The translations under genes and the position numbers were made by a program. A stretch of 63,378 nucleotides of DNA from Octopus bimaculoides. Its lineage: Eukaryota. Under the pieces are notes generated by a model. It did not search any database and was not told where the DNA came from. It saw only the letters and a program-made list of their open reading frames with translations. Every line of letters begins with the position of its first letter. Position 1 is the first letter of the stretch. The stretch covers positions 109,376,113-109,439,490 of the forward strand of contig NC_068981.1 of assembly GCF_001194135.2 (NCBI RefSeq), in the 5' to 3' direction. Positions 11,368-23,042 of the stretch are shown one piece after another.

Positions 11368-12725
11368 ATGCTATCCTGCATAAATGCATATAAACAAAAT
11401 GTACATATGCTATGTATATGTGATCGATAATCTTTACATTACTAGAGCTGCTTTTAATTAATAATTCAATATATTTATCAATTATCCAGAGCATACATAT
11501 AAAAATGAATAGGCTGTATTCCTTAAGTACAGAGAAAGTAAATTGTCTGAAGTGTGTCCTTTCTTTAGGTTACTGACTAAAGGTAGAAATTGTAAATATG
11601 AGAAGTGAAATAATTTAACTAGAAGTCAAATTTGTACTGCACACTCAATTTGCTGAGAATAGGAACTTACTCTACAAACTTTATAATGTTTACCATATTT
11701 TCAAAAAAGCTGTCAACATTTTCTTCTCTAGAAATAAAAATTGTATCACAACCTGACACACAACTTGATCCCTCCTCTGTCTTCTAGTAACAGTGCTTAT
11801 TCCTTTCGCTATTACACTAGCCATCTTTTTCTAATTGTTATAGATATGCACAACAATTTATTTTACAAATGAACTGTAATAGTGTGTTTAACCAATACAA
11901 AATATAGTTTTAATGAAATATTTTTTAAAATTCCAATAAATAAAAAAGTGCAAAAGCAAATTTAGTGGTTTTGTTAATGAATAACTATGTATTAGCATAA
12001 ATTGTTTATTAGTTTCAATGAATTAGTATAAGAATTAGTATAATATAAAAATAATAACAGATATTAAATAAATTACAACTAGCAATAAAATATGAAGAGA
12101 AATTTAGTCAGAATAGAAAATTATGAAAGGTGCATGATGAGAAATATTTAAGAATCCCTAGGAGACTTAATTCATATTGAGACAAATGAAAGAAGTAAAA
12201 ATTTCCATGCAGTAACAAAAACTGATGAATTTCTATATGAAAGATGGTAATTGATGGTAATAGTAGTGATGATGACCACTGTGGTGGTGGTGGTGCTGCT
12301 GCTGCTGCAGGAGATAGCTACAATGATGTCAGTGGTGATGAAGATAAATAAATAATATACTAAGTAAGAAAAAAAAAAAACCAAATGCACTAGTCATAGA
12401 TTGTAATTTATATTTGTACTGTTCACTCTGTCTTTGGGTCAGCTACAATCCAGCAGATCTACTGATCAAAAGGCATTCCAATTCCAGTCAAGGAATCCCA
12501 ATCTTTGGTTCAAATACAGTGCATCTAAAACTATATTATCTCAGGCATCTTTGTAAAAAAAAAAATCTATATATGTATGGTATATACATGTGAATGTACA
12601 GGTCATGTGTCTGAGATTATTATTTTCTATTTATTTTGCTGTTTTAGCACAGATGAAGAAAAAAACCCCCAGAAAATGAAAGGTTAAGAAGCAGAGGATT
12701 ATAGTTAGTAACAAGCATTATATAC

Positions 12726-13894
12726 CTGACTTATGAAAGCATGCAGTTTGGAAGCAAGCATCTGCCAGAGGTCTGTTATGTCTCACAGTTGAGAAGATTT
12801 GGATTCTCTCATTCTTTTTACCTTCTATTGTTCTACTTTGGAAAGGAAGTACAAAGCTATTTTCACTATAGTTTGGTTTTGTTTGTGCAGTATTAGTTTT
12901 GAAAACAGCGATAGCACTAGGAGGCTGGCACGTAGATGGTACCACACTGGGTGTGGTCTGAGCTGTTGCTAAGCTACTTTTTACAAAATGAGAAACTGTT
13001 AAACAAGAAGAAAACCCACTTGTATTTGATACCACATTTGTCCTTGTTCCAACATTAGTTTCACTACTTTCTTGACCCATCACTGATTTAAAAGATTCCA
13101 CAGAATGGTTAAAATGTGAAGACTGTGGTGTTGTTGATTGCTCAGGTTTGACATGGCTTTCATCAGTATTTCTGTACATGGTCCCTGAACCATGTTGGTA
13201 TGTTCTTGTCTCACACTGAGTAATAGTTGGAGTATCTTGTCTGTAAGGTCTGTTCATAGCAGGAGAATTATTTTGTCTTCTAGAGTGGAGTGTAGAAATA
13301 GTAGTTACTGCTGAATCACATGATATAAGGCTGTTAGCTGAAGAATCAACGGAATCTGATCGACTGTGAGGTTGTGAAATTGTACTTGAAGGTCGTGTTT
13401 TGTTTAAGTTACTGCAAGAATTACTCATGTTACTGTTTATTTGAGAATTTGGAGAAAAGGCCTTGCAGCCAGTGCTCATGTAAGAAGACATAGAATTATT
13501 TTCTTTGTTCAGTTGTTTCTGTCGATTTAAGAACATTTGGTAGACTTCAGCTTCCTGGTTTAACACTTTAGACACAATTTGTCTTGGTTTGTTCTTTGGT
13601 AATGTACCATATACATTTGCATTACTCCAGCTATCTACAGTTTCAGGTAGTTCTTTTCCAACTTCTCTGCTAGCTACTGAAGACATTTTATATTGTAGCT
13701 TAGAACTGTTTTGGTTAGAATCAGAAAAATGTTTCTCTAAACACTTGTCATTGTTAACTGATGCAACATGCTTTTGTTGTTGATAGTTAGGACATGAAAT
13801 TGAACTAATTGATGTGTTCAAGTTATCTTTCTTATTACTACAAGAGGAGGAAGAAGAGCTTCCATTTGATGGCAAATGACCAGCCATGCTATTC
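12726..13894 (-). CDS. USP54: Coding exon 14: Ser/Asn/Thr-rich disordered region; 3' end could be 12726 or 12822
   Basis: Lies within ORF 12718-13887; acceptor ccttttttattgtaccag (phase 2); phase-1 donors CAG|GTATAT (12725) and AAG|GTAAAA (12821). Confidence 0.82.
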
Positions 13895-14442
13895 CTGGTA
13901 CAATAAAAAAGGAGAAATTAATAAATCAAATAGGCAAGACAAAGGCAGATAAGAAGTAAAAAAATGGGAGGGAAAATTTAGAACATGAAAAGAATATTTC
14001 ATCAAGAAATCAAGATTACATGCTTTTCAAAAATTTTGCATGCATTTAGCTCATACAGAACAAATTATATTTAAATTTATATAATGCCTCAGAATAACAT
14101 TCATCAGATATATATTACACAATTTTTTCATTATACAATGCAAGCACAGGAATATCAAATTTCATTCAAGTCCTGACATGTATCTATTTAATTAGCTCAC
14201 AATAATAATTAATCAATAGTTCATACAAAGCAAATCAATATTTCCTAAGAAGTTTTAGCTTTGAATTTTGATGACAAATCATTGATTAATGAATTTTAAA
14301 TGATCAAATTTTCTAACTACTTGTTAATAAAAACTATTTCCTAGATGTTCTAATTGCTGTTGACTTTAATCAAAGATAGAAAATTTTAGTCAAAATTTTG
14401 GAAACTTAAGATGGGAAAGAAAAGAACATTGTAAATTCTTGC

Positions 14443-14635
14443 CTAATTTTCTCCGCTTGCATGCTTTCATCAAGTGATGGCCCTACAGAACAATGAGCAG
14501 CTGCCTGTTGCTGCTTGGTGCTATACTTGTTGTATAGAGATCGCCTCTTCAACACACAACAGTGCAGTTTGTTTTGCATAAATACCACTGATTGATGAGG
14601 AATATTTACCAACTCCAAAATCTGCTTGCAATAAC
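14443..14635 (-). CDS. USP54: Coding exon 13: YCKQILELVNIPHQSVVFMQNKLHCCVLKRRSLYNKYSTKQQQAAAHCSVGPSLDESMQAEKIR
   Basis: Acceptor ttttttgtcacag, phase 1. The best phase-2 donor is AG|GCAAGA (GC donor); a weak GTATAG upstream is the alternative. 193 nt. Confidence 0.85.
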
Positions 14636-16019
14636 CTGTGACAAAAAGAACATAAAAATTATTGTTTTCATCTTCTACCTTTGATAATCTCAGAATATTT
14701 TGGTGAAACTAAAATACATTTAAAAATGTTGCTTTCTAATGAGTAATCTTATGTTTTAAGAAATGAGGAACTGTAAACAAAATATGTAACATACAAGACT
14801 TACAGATATAATTATTTCTATTTTATATTCAGCTGTTGAGATGGACAAGAGAGCATTTCTAACTGTCAATATCACATAAGACCTCTTTTGAAGAAGAACA
14901 CTGAGCTTTTAGTTGTCTTGCTAATGTCTACAATGTCTACATCTCTTACTGATATATAATGTTGAAATATATATGTAATGAAAATCACTTTGAAATCTTG
15001 GTTTTGGGTTCAGTCTCAGTGCTCCATGTTTAGCAAATATCTTTTACTATAGCGCTGGACTGACCAATGCCTTCTGAGTAAATATGGAAGATTAAAATTG
15101 TGCCAAAGGTTATCTCTTACTGTTTGACAACTTGTGTCCCTTGGTGTATATCCTTAGCAGTTTAATAAAAATAGACAAAGAATAAGTACCAGACTTAAAG
15201 TAGTGGGTTTGATCTGGTTAACTAAACACTTCAAGACTACACCAACATGGCCACAGTCCAATGACTATACCAGTTAAAGGCTAAAAGAATGAGACAGGCA
15301 CAATTTCCTTTTACCAAATTCCACTGACAAGATATCTGTCAACCCTACTCTGTAGTAGCAGGTACACTTGCCCAAGGTGCTGCTCAGAGGGATCAAACTT
15401 GAATCCAATTGGTTGCAAAATGAACTTCTTAACCATAAAAACATGCCTGTACTGATGCCATCTGATATCAGTTCTATTTCTATTCGAGTTACAGAGCTGA
15501 TCAAATGGTAGAATATCAATAAAAATGAAACATTAAGTTTGGTGTTAATGATTATTGATAATTTTCTTTTGTTAGACTGACTGCCAACATTAATGGTGTG
15601 ATGAGTTACCATCTGCATTTTATAAAGAAAGCTATCTATTTCATTAGTAAAACAAAATTCATTTACTAATACATTTTGTAAATACTTCAGTCTTTGACAC
15701 AAACCTCCTGTACTACATTTTAAAATTCATTGGTATTATCTGACAATACTGTATATTTCATATTTATTTTCCAGTTGTTTCATCACTAATATGCCTTTCA
15801 TCTTCTTGCAAATCAATGAATATAACTCGTTTCCACTCACTTTGCACTTTGGGAGATCACTCTGATACTTCATCATGACTATGTTTCTCTCTCTTTCCAG
15901 TTCCATCCTGGATACTCCCACCCTTTCTTCTATAACGTGAGTAGCCATGTAGCTTCTCTACAGCCTCTTCTCTCATCTCCTACCATATACCTCTCTCTAC
16001 TATCGGCCCACTCAGCCAA

Positions 16020-16175
16020 AGGGAGTTTTAGTCTTACAAATTGCATGGTGACCTCACTAGCGCTCGGGCCATGAAAAAAGCGCCCAGGACACACTGTAAA
16101 GTGATTGGCATTAGGACTGACATCAAAGCAAAGAAACCATGATGAAACAGACACTGAAGCACAATGCAGTCCCAG
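16020..16175 (+). mobile_element. Diverged RTE-tail-type repeat immediately upstream of the LRRC45-like exon
   Basis: gtgacctcactagcgct...aaaaagcgcccaggacacactgtaaagtgattggcattagg. Confidence 0.6.
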
Positions 16176-16202
16176 ACTATTTATCAAACAACTGTTTGAC
16201 TA

Positions 16203-16380
16203 GTCTGTCTTGAATGGAATGACTCTGGCATACTGGAAACACCATTCATCGTATTTTGTGATGGTCTTCAAGCTAACTGCAACCTCAAGCAACTTGATAT
16301 CAGAAATAACCAGGTCACCCACCATGGAACCAAACAGCTGGCAGAAGCATTATCAACAAACAAGACCCTTCAAGTCATTG
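16203..16380 (+). pseudogene. LRRC45: Orphan LRRC45-like leucine-rich-repeat exon: VCLEWNDSGILETPFIVFCDGLQANCNLKQLDIRNNQVTHHGTKQLAEALSTNKTLQVI(D)
   Basis: 59 stop-free codons followed by G|GTAAGT; aligns by eye with human LRRC45 LTLEWNSLG...[43 protein letters not shown]; no other exons found. Confidence 0.75.
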
Positions 16381-16599
16381 GTAAGTAATTATCGTTAACA
16401 TTTAAGTAATTTAATTATTATTTGAATAACTATAATCATCATTTAAATAATGTTAGTATTCAATTCAGCAATCATAGATATCATTTGTGTAATTATAATT
16501 ATCATCAAGTAGTTATGATGGGGTTTATCTCCTATGTAATGTAGTGATTATGTAGCGCATAAAATGATGGTGCAGTGTTTGCAGGTTGAAGGCTATTGT

Positions 16600-18975
16600 A
16601 AGTTTATGAGTTCTGCTAAATGTGATGCTGCTGTCCCCCATCCCAGGGTCTCAAGGGCCCACACCTCCCACACCCTCAGAGGTGGCACACTGAAAGGTAG
16701 GTCTGGTGAGATTGTTGTTATGCTTGAACGGAGACATGTAGATTCGTGCTGCATCCAAGAAGTAAGGTGGAGAAGTTCTGCTAGGTTCCTCACAGGCAAA
16801 GAACATAGGTATAAGATTTTCTGGGCAGGGAACACTGACAGGGTCGAGGGTGTGGGTATATTTCTTGCAGAGAAATGGGTTGATAAGGTAATCGGGGTAG
16901 TCAGAGTCTGTGATAGAATACTTAAGATTAGATTAGTGTTACAACATGGGTTGGCAACCATTATCTTGGCTTATGCCCCTCAGCCAGGGCTACCTGATGA
17001 ACAGAAAGATCGATTTTATGACACCCTCTTGCAGACTACCTCGTTGACAAATGATAGGGACCTTCTCTTTGTGGCTTGCAACTTCAGTGGGCATGTTGGA
17101 CAACATGCAAAGGGTTTTCATGGCATACATGGAGGCTATGGTTTTGATTCCCCCATTGAGGAGGGGACCAGGCTGCTGGAGTTCTACGGTGTAAATGATC
17201 TTATGGTTTGTAATACTAACTTCAGGAAACCTGCCAGTCATCTATTCACCTACCGATCTACTGGACACAGTAGTCAAATTGACTACATCCTTGCCAGGAA
17301 ACAGGAAAGATGGCTACTTATAAATGCCAAAACTTTCCCAGGTGAAGAATGCACCCTACAACATAGATTAGTAGCTAGCAACTTCAAGATCAGGGCTAAA
17401 TGGATGCCCAGAAGATGATCAGCATGGAAAAGAAGGGTCTGGAAGCTTAAGGGTCTTGCTAATGGACAGAAATTTAGAGACGTATTACTCGAAACTTTTG
17501 ACAAAATAGAGGAGGATATGGCATCACATGATGTGAAAGACAACTGGAGGTTCCTACTCTAATAGTCACTATCAGAATTATCAGAACTAGAGGAGACATT
17601 TCAAGTGTGGAAGCAAGGTCTAGAATCGAAGGGCCTTAGAGTCAATCTAGCAAAAACCAAAGTCTTAAAAAGTAGGAAGGCAAACAAATCACAAATCCCT
17701 TCAGGTAGATGGCCCTGCTCAATCTGTAGAAAAGGCGGAGGTAGAAACTCCATATGATGTACCCAGTGTAAGCTATGGACATATAAGAGGTTATCAATAT
17801 CAAAGGAAGGCTAACTGGAAAGATAGTTTTTGTATGTGGCAAATGCTCAGGGGCAATAAACACTGAAAATGTGTAGAAAACAGCTTGTCACATGCTAGGG
17901 GAAAAAACTAGAAGTAGTTGATAGATTCTGTTACCTAGGTGACCAAGTCAGTAGCTGGGGTGGATGATCTGAGAGTGTAGCTGCTAGAATAAGAATAGTC
18001 TGATCAAAGTTCAGAGAGCTCCTGACAAAGGGCCTCTCGCTCAGAGTAAATGGCAGACTGCATGATGCATGTGTACAAACAGCCATGCTACATAGCAGTG
18101 AAACATGGGCTGTGACTGCTGAGGACATGCATAAGCTTGCAAGGAATAAAGCTAGTATGCTCTGTTGGGTGTGTAATGTCAGTGTGCATACACGAAAGAG
18201 TGTAAGCACCCTGAGTGAAAAGTTGGACATAAGAAGCATCAGAGTCAGTGTGCAAGAGAGACGACTGTGCTGTATGGTCATATGTTGCGCATGGATGAGG
18301 ATAGCTGTGTGAAAAAGTGTCACACCCTAGCAGAAGGAACCTGTGGAAGAGGTAGACCAAGGAAAACCTGGGATGAAGTGACGAAGCACAACCTTTGAGC
18401 GTTGGGCCTCATGGAGGCGATGACAAGTGACCGAGACCTTTGGAGATATGCGGTGCTTGAGAAGACCTGGCAAGCCAAGTGAGACCATAACCGTGGTCAG
18501 TGCAGCATAACCAGCCCATTTAAGAATACTCCTCAATCATTGGGCAATAAACCGCGCTTGTGAAGACCTGTTAAGTCAAGTGAAATCATTGTCATGGCTG
18601 ATGACAATGTCACCTGATTGGCACTCATGCCAGTGGCACATAAAAAGCACCATTCGAGTGTGGTCGATGCCAGTGCCACCTGATTGGTCCTGTGCTGGTG
18701 GCACATAAAAAGCCTGACTGGCTGCCATGCCGGTGGTGTGTAAAAAGCACCATTCAAGTGTGGTCAAAGCCAGTACCACCTGATTGGCCCTCGTGCCAGT
18801 GACACATAAAAAGCACCCACTACATTCTCAGAGTGGTTGGCATTAGGAAGAGCATCCTGTAGAAACTCTGCCAGATCAGATTGGAGCCTGGTGCAGCCAT
18901 CTGGCTTGCCAACCCTCAGTCAAACCATCCAACACATGCCAGCATGGAAAGCAGACGTTAAACAATGATGATGAC
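16600..18975 (+). mobile_element. RTE-clade non-LTR retrotransposon, internally deleted and decayed
   Basis: AP-endonuclease ORF 16564-17418 (CIQEVRW, AYAPQ, DYIL). Jumps near 17556 to the end of RT, then a Cys-rich segment and SETWAVT...RWYGHV...GRGRPRKTW-like C-terminus. 3' UTR ends in (GAT)n. Confidence 0.92.
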
Positions 18976-19475
18976 AATGATGTCCAACCCTTGCGTGCAT
19001 GGAACATGGATGATGACAATGATGAAGATTCATTCAACTGACTACACCCCTTCCCTGTCAAATATCACCCTCATTTCTTTTCTCCTAGATTCTTGAATTT
19101 GGCATGTTCTCTTTAGAGCAAATTCATTCATTCTATCTTTACTTTCACCCCAACAACATTAGCAGGCGTTGCAGGGTACTCGAACTAATCTCAGTCTTCA
19201 GAGCAATGAGCAGTTGCATCACCTTTCTCTTTCTAGCTAAGATGTTAGTCTAGTGATATCTAAAAAGATTGGGCCTAAGAAACAAACCCATGCAACTAGC
19301 TGAAAACGAACTATTCATCAAATTATCCTTATAAAAATATAATAAATACACCAAAACCTCCTTTAACAAATTTGCTTTTCTCTAGAATGAAGGTTTTCTT
19401 CATTTTGTGCCTGGTGATTTTAGGTTACTAACTAATAAATGAAGTTTATAGAGCAGAGCATGCGTGTGAACTTAC

Positions 19476-19604
19476 CAATAGCTTTATCACAATCACAAAT
19501 GGCACAACGAAGGTCTCCTTTAGCTTCAGCTGCCAGGCAATTATCCATCATATTATCCGCTTGAAGACAACAATACCTGATGTATTCATCTTCAGAAGTT
19601 GGGC
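19476..19604 (-). CDS. USP54: Coding exon 12: PTSEDEYIRYCCLQADNMMDNCLAAEAKGDLRCAICDCDKAI (MIT-like, first part)
   Basis: Acceptor ttttgtcctcttttag, donor GTAAGT, phase 1/1, 129 nt; resembles the E-xx-GDL-xx-A-xx-C-xx-A helix of USP54. Confidence 0.9.
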
Positions 19605-20489
19605 CTAAAAGAGGACAAAAAATGGTAAATATTGAGAATGAATTAAAACTTAGAGACGTACTATTTTACCTACTAATGTTCTTCCTCAGAAAATTATCAA
19701 TGGGGGGAGATAGTTAGGTTAGTGTCAAGATAGAATAGACAGATAATTCACAAAAACAGGAGCATATACTAAATCTGGAGAAGTAAGAAAGAGCTGGTGA
19801 ATGACACTACTTTGGATGCCTTGAAATGGTTATTATTACATTGATGACTCTGCAAAGACATGCCAATCAGGTAATAGATGACACTGGATATAACCAAGGG
19901 GAACTGTAATGTCATGGAAGATTGGGAGAGGCTCAGGGTCAAGTGAATGTGAGCAAACTAGACTTGATGAAAGATTAGTATTTTTCTGGTCTGAAATTAA
20001 CTTCTAACCTAGAGATAAAATTCAGTTTCAGCCATGAGTAGAATGGATGGTTTTCATGGGAGATTGACAAAGATTGTGAGTCTTAACGGAAATAAACAAA
20101 ATTTAAAAAAAAACAAACGTATACCTTTGTTTCCTTGCATGGAATTCATATTATTCTGGATGCCACTTTTAAAATTTATCAAATCATTACCATTGGCAGG
20201 ACTTGGATTTGGATGTGGCGAAATAATTGCTTTAGTTTTGGCATCTAGAAAAATGATTTTCATACCTTTAGCAAGTGATTTACACAATAATTACATGAAG
20301 TATATCAACATATTTAACACAAAAACCTTAACACACAATAGTACACATAAGAAGAAGAAATGAAACAATCTAAACAATCGAAAGAATAGCTTTTACATAA
20401 TTATAATCTCATTATTCAAATCATTGACATCTGCTAATGAGAGTCAAATACACTTTATTATAACAGGGCAATGCTTAAAATATTGGGTG

Positions 20490-21330
20490 GTGTGGATTAT
20501 GGTCTTGTCACCAGCATCGTAAATCAGGTAGTTGATGAAGGAGTCATACTTAATGACTGATGTAGCAGCACCATAGTCAACTGCTACAAGGGGAAAGGTG
20601 ATGCTTTAGATAGAAATAATTACAGGGATATCAAATTATTGGATCAGGTGATGAAAGTTACAGAGAGGGTCATAGCCTAACTAATTAGGGAGAGAGTTAA
20701 TCTAGATGAGATGCAGTTCGGTTTTGTGCCAGGAAGAAGCACCAATGAAGTTATATTTCTGGTGAGGCAACTGCAGGAGAAATACCTAGCCAAAGATACT
20801 TTGTACTTGGCTTTTGTTGACTTGGAGAAAGCCATTGACAGAGCCCCCTCGATCCCTTATCTGCTGGTCAATGTGCAAACTGGGGATAGACAAGTGGCTG
20901 CACAAGCTCTATACAGGGACACTGTCAGTAAGGTGAGGGTGGGTAATGAGTTCAGGGAATTCCTACCTCTGCTGGTAAGTAAGGGCCTCTCGCTCAGGGT
21001 GAAAAGCAGACTGTAATGATGCATGTGTGAAAACTGTCATGCTACACAGCAGTGAAACATGGGCCATGAATGCTGAGGACATGCATAAGTTTGAAAGAAA
21101 TGAAGCTAGTATGATCCACTGAGTGTGTAATGTCAGTGTGCATACACGACAGAGTGTAAGTGCCCTGAGAGAAAAGTTGGGCATAAGAAGCATCAAATGT
21201 GGTGTGCAAGAGAGGTGATTGTGCTGGTATGGCCGTGTGTTACGTATGAATGAAGACAGCTGTATGAAGAAGTGCCACCCACTAACTGTAGAAGGAACCT
21301 GTGGAAGAGGTAGACCCAGGAAGACCACCT
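20490..21330 (+). mobile_element. RTE fragment: RT core (NYRGIKLL, MQFGFVPGRST, AFVDLEKA) fused by deletion to the C-terminal region
   Basis: ORFs 20711-21016 and 21219-21533; closely similar to 18030-18370. Confidence 0.9.
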
Positions 21331-21599
21331 CATCCCATGTCTTCCAAAGTATTGAAGTGTTTCAAAGTCAGAAGTTATATCATTATCACTTAATGTCTGT
21401 TTTCTTTGCTAACATGGGTTGGACAAAAAAGAAAAAAGAGAATGTTAAAGAAAGAGATGAAAGGTTTGATTGTAGCTGTGCAATCAGAACAAGATACATG
21501 AGGAAGACTTGGCTGATACCGTTTTTGATATAAAAAAGAGAAAAGACATTTATCTGCATATAGTTTCTAAATCAAAATAATGGTTGCTCAGAGTGTCTA

Positions 21600-21990
21600 T
21601 GAGAACTAGAGACAAGATTGCTATTGACAAATCTGTAAAAACATATGAAAAAAAATGCTATGACCATAAAACAAAATATTCTTTTGAAAATGACCATGTA
21701 ACTGTACTATGGGATATGAAATTTCAAATAGATAAGCAAACAGGATTGCCCATTTCATTTGAGACTGGTAAACAAAAGAACATGAGAAAACAGAAAAATA
21801 CCAGGAGCTGAAATATGAACTTCAAAGAATCTGAAATTTTCATAAAGTTATCATTATCCCAATTATAATAAGAGCCCCAAGAATAGTTACAAGTAGTTTG
21901 AATGGCTGACTGAGGATGTTAGCTATCAAGAATTTTTTTACTTTACAGAATTCTGATTGGTTAGTACAGCAAGGACTATAAGAAAGGCGC
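21600..21990 (+). mobile_element. Remnant of an R4/Dong-like non-LTR element (restriction-like endonuclease end)
   Basis: ENDHVTVLWDMKFQIDK followed, after frameshifts, by EKYQELKYELQRI and KVIIIPIII. Confidence 0.65.
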
Positions 21991-23042
21991 AAGATACCTA
22001 AGGTTGCAGTATTCAGTTTGATATCTAACAATCTAATACCAACAGAACAACAAAATTCTGAATGAATGAAAACAACAATAATGCTTTCTGATTTAGGTAC
22101 AAGGCAATTTTGAAAGGTGAGGCTTAGTCGACAACAATGACACCAGTACTTGACTGGTACTATATTTTATTGACTCTGGTGGGATTTGAAATTAGAATTT
22201 ATAATAAACAAAGAAATACTGCAAGGCATTTAGCTTGATGTTCTAACAATTCTGCCAGCTTGCTGCCTTTATAACAACAGTATCAATAACAATATTTTGA
22301 AAATTATATTATACTGCTGTGTCTTTGAGAAACAGATATGAGAAATTCCTATCATACAAAATACAAAAATGATAAGATACTGATTAAGCAACACAACAGA
22401 AAAACTATTAGCCACAACAAAAATACAGACTGTTCGTCAATAAAAACTGTTTTAATTGCAGGGGTAAATCTCAGAAATTGCGATTAACAAAGAAATATTT
22501 GTAATTGAGCTCCCAGCAGATCAATCAAAACAGAATATGAGAAAAAATAACAGCTGAATTTCAAATTAACAAAAAAATTATAGAGTAACAAAACCATAAC
22601 CATGTTATGGAAACAGTTTGCTGAAACAAACAAGACAATAATAATAATTGTTTCCTATGGGAGGTAGTGATATTCATACCTTTTGCAGTGACATGAATAA
22701 CATAAGTAAGCAAGTTTTGATAATTATCAGGTCAATCATCATGAAACATATCAGGAATTTTAAAGAGAATTTCAGTGTCCAAAACATTCCAACTGAAGTT
22801 ATAAGTTCTTGTCACTGGTAAAGCAAAATATTGGAGTTAAGCACTGGACAATTCCTACCATTCAGTAGAAAAACTGAGAACAACTGAGAAAATTAGAGAA
22901 TGGTTTGTCTATAATAGCAAGATCAAATTCTCACATGGAAGAATAAAGAAATCAAACTCACTAGTAAGAACAAACTTGGCTGCATATCACCAATTTAAAA
23001 GTGAACATACTTGAAAAGAAAAAAAAAAAAGCACTTGCTTAC

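Noticed and set aside
12648-12682. Plus-strand mini-exon after a strong pyrimidine tract
   Set aside because: Weak donor (GTTAAG) and no recognisable peptide; cannot be supported without reads
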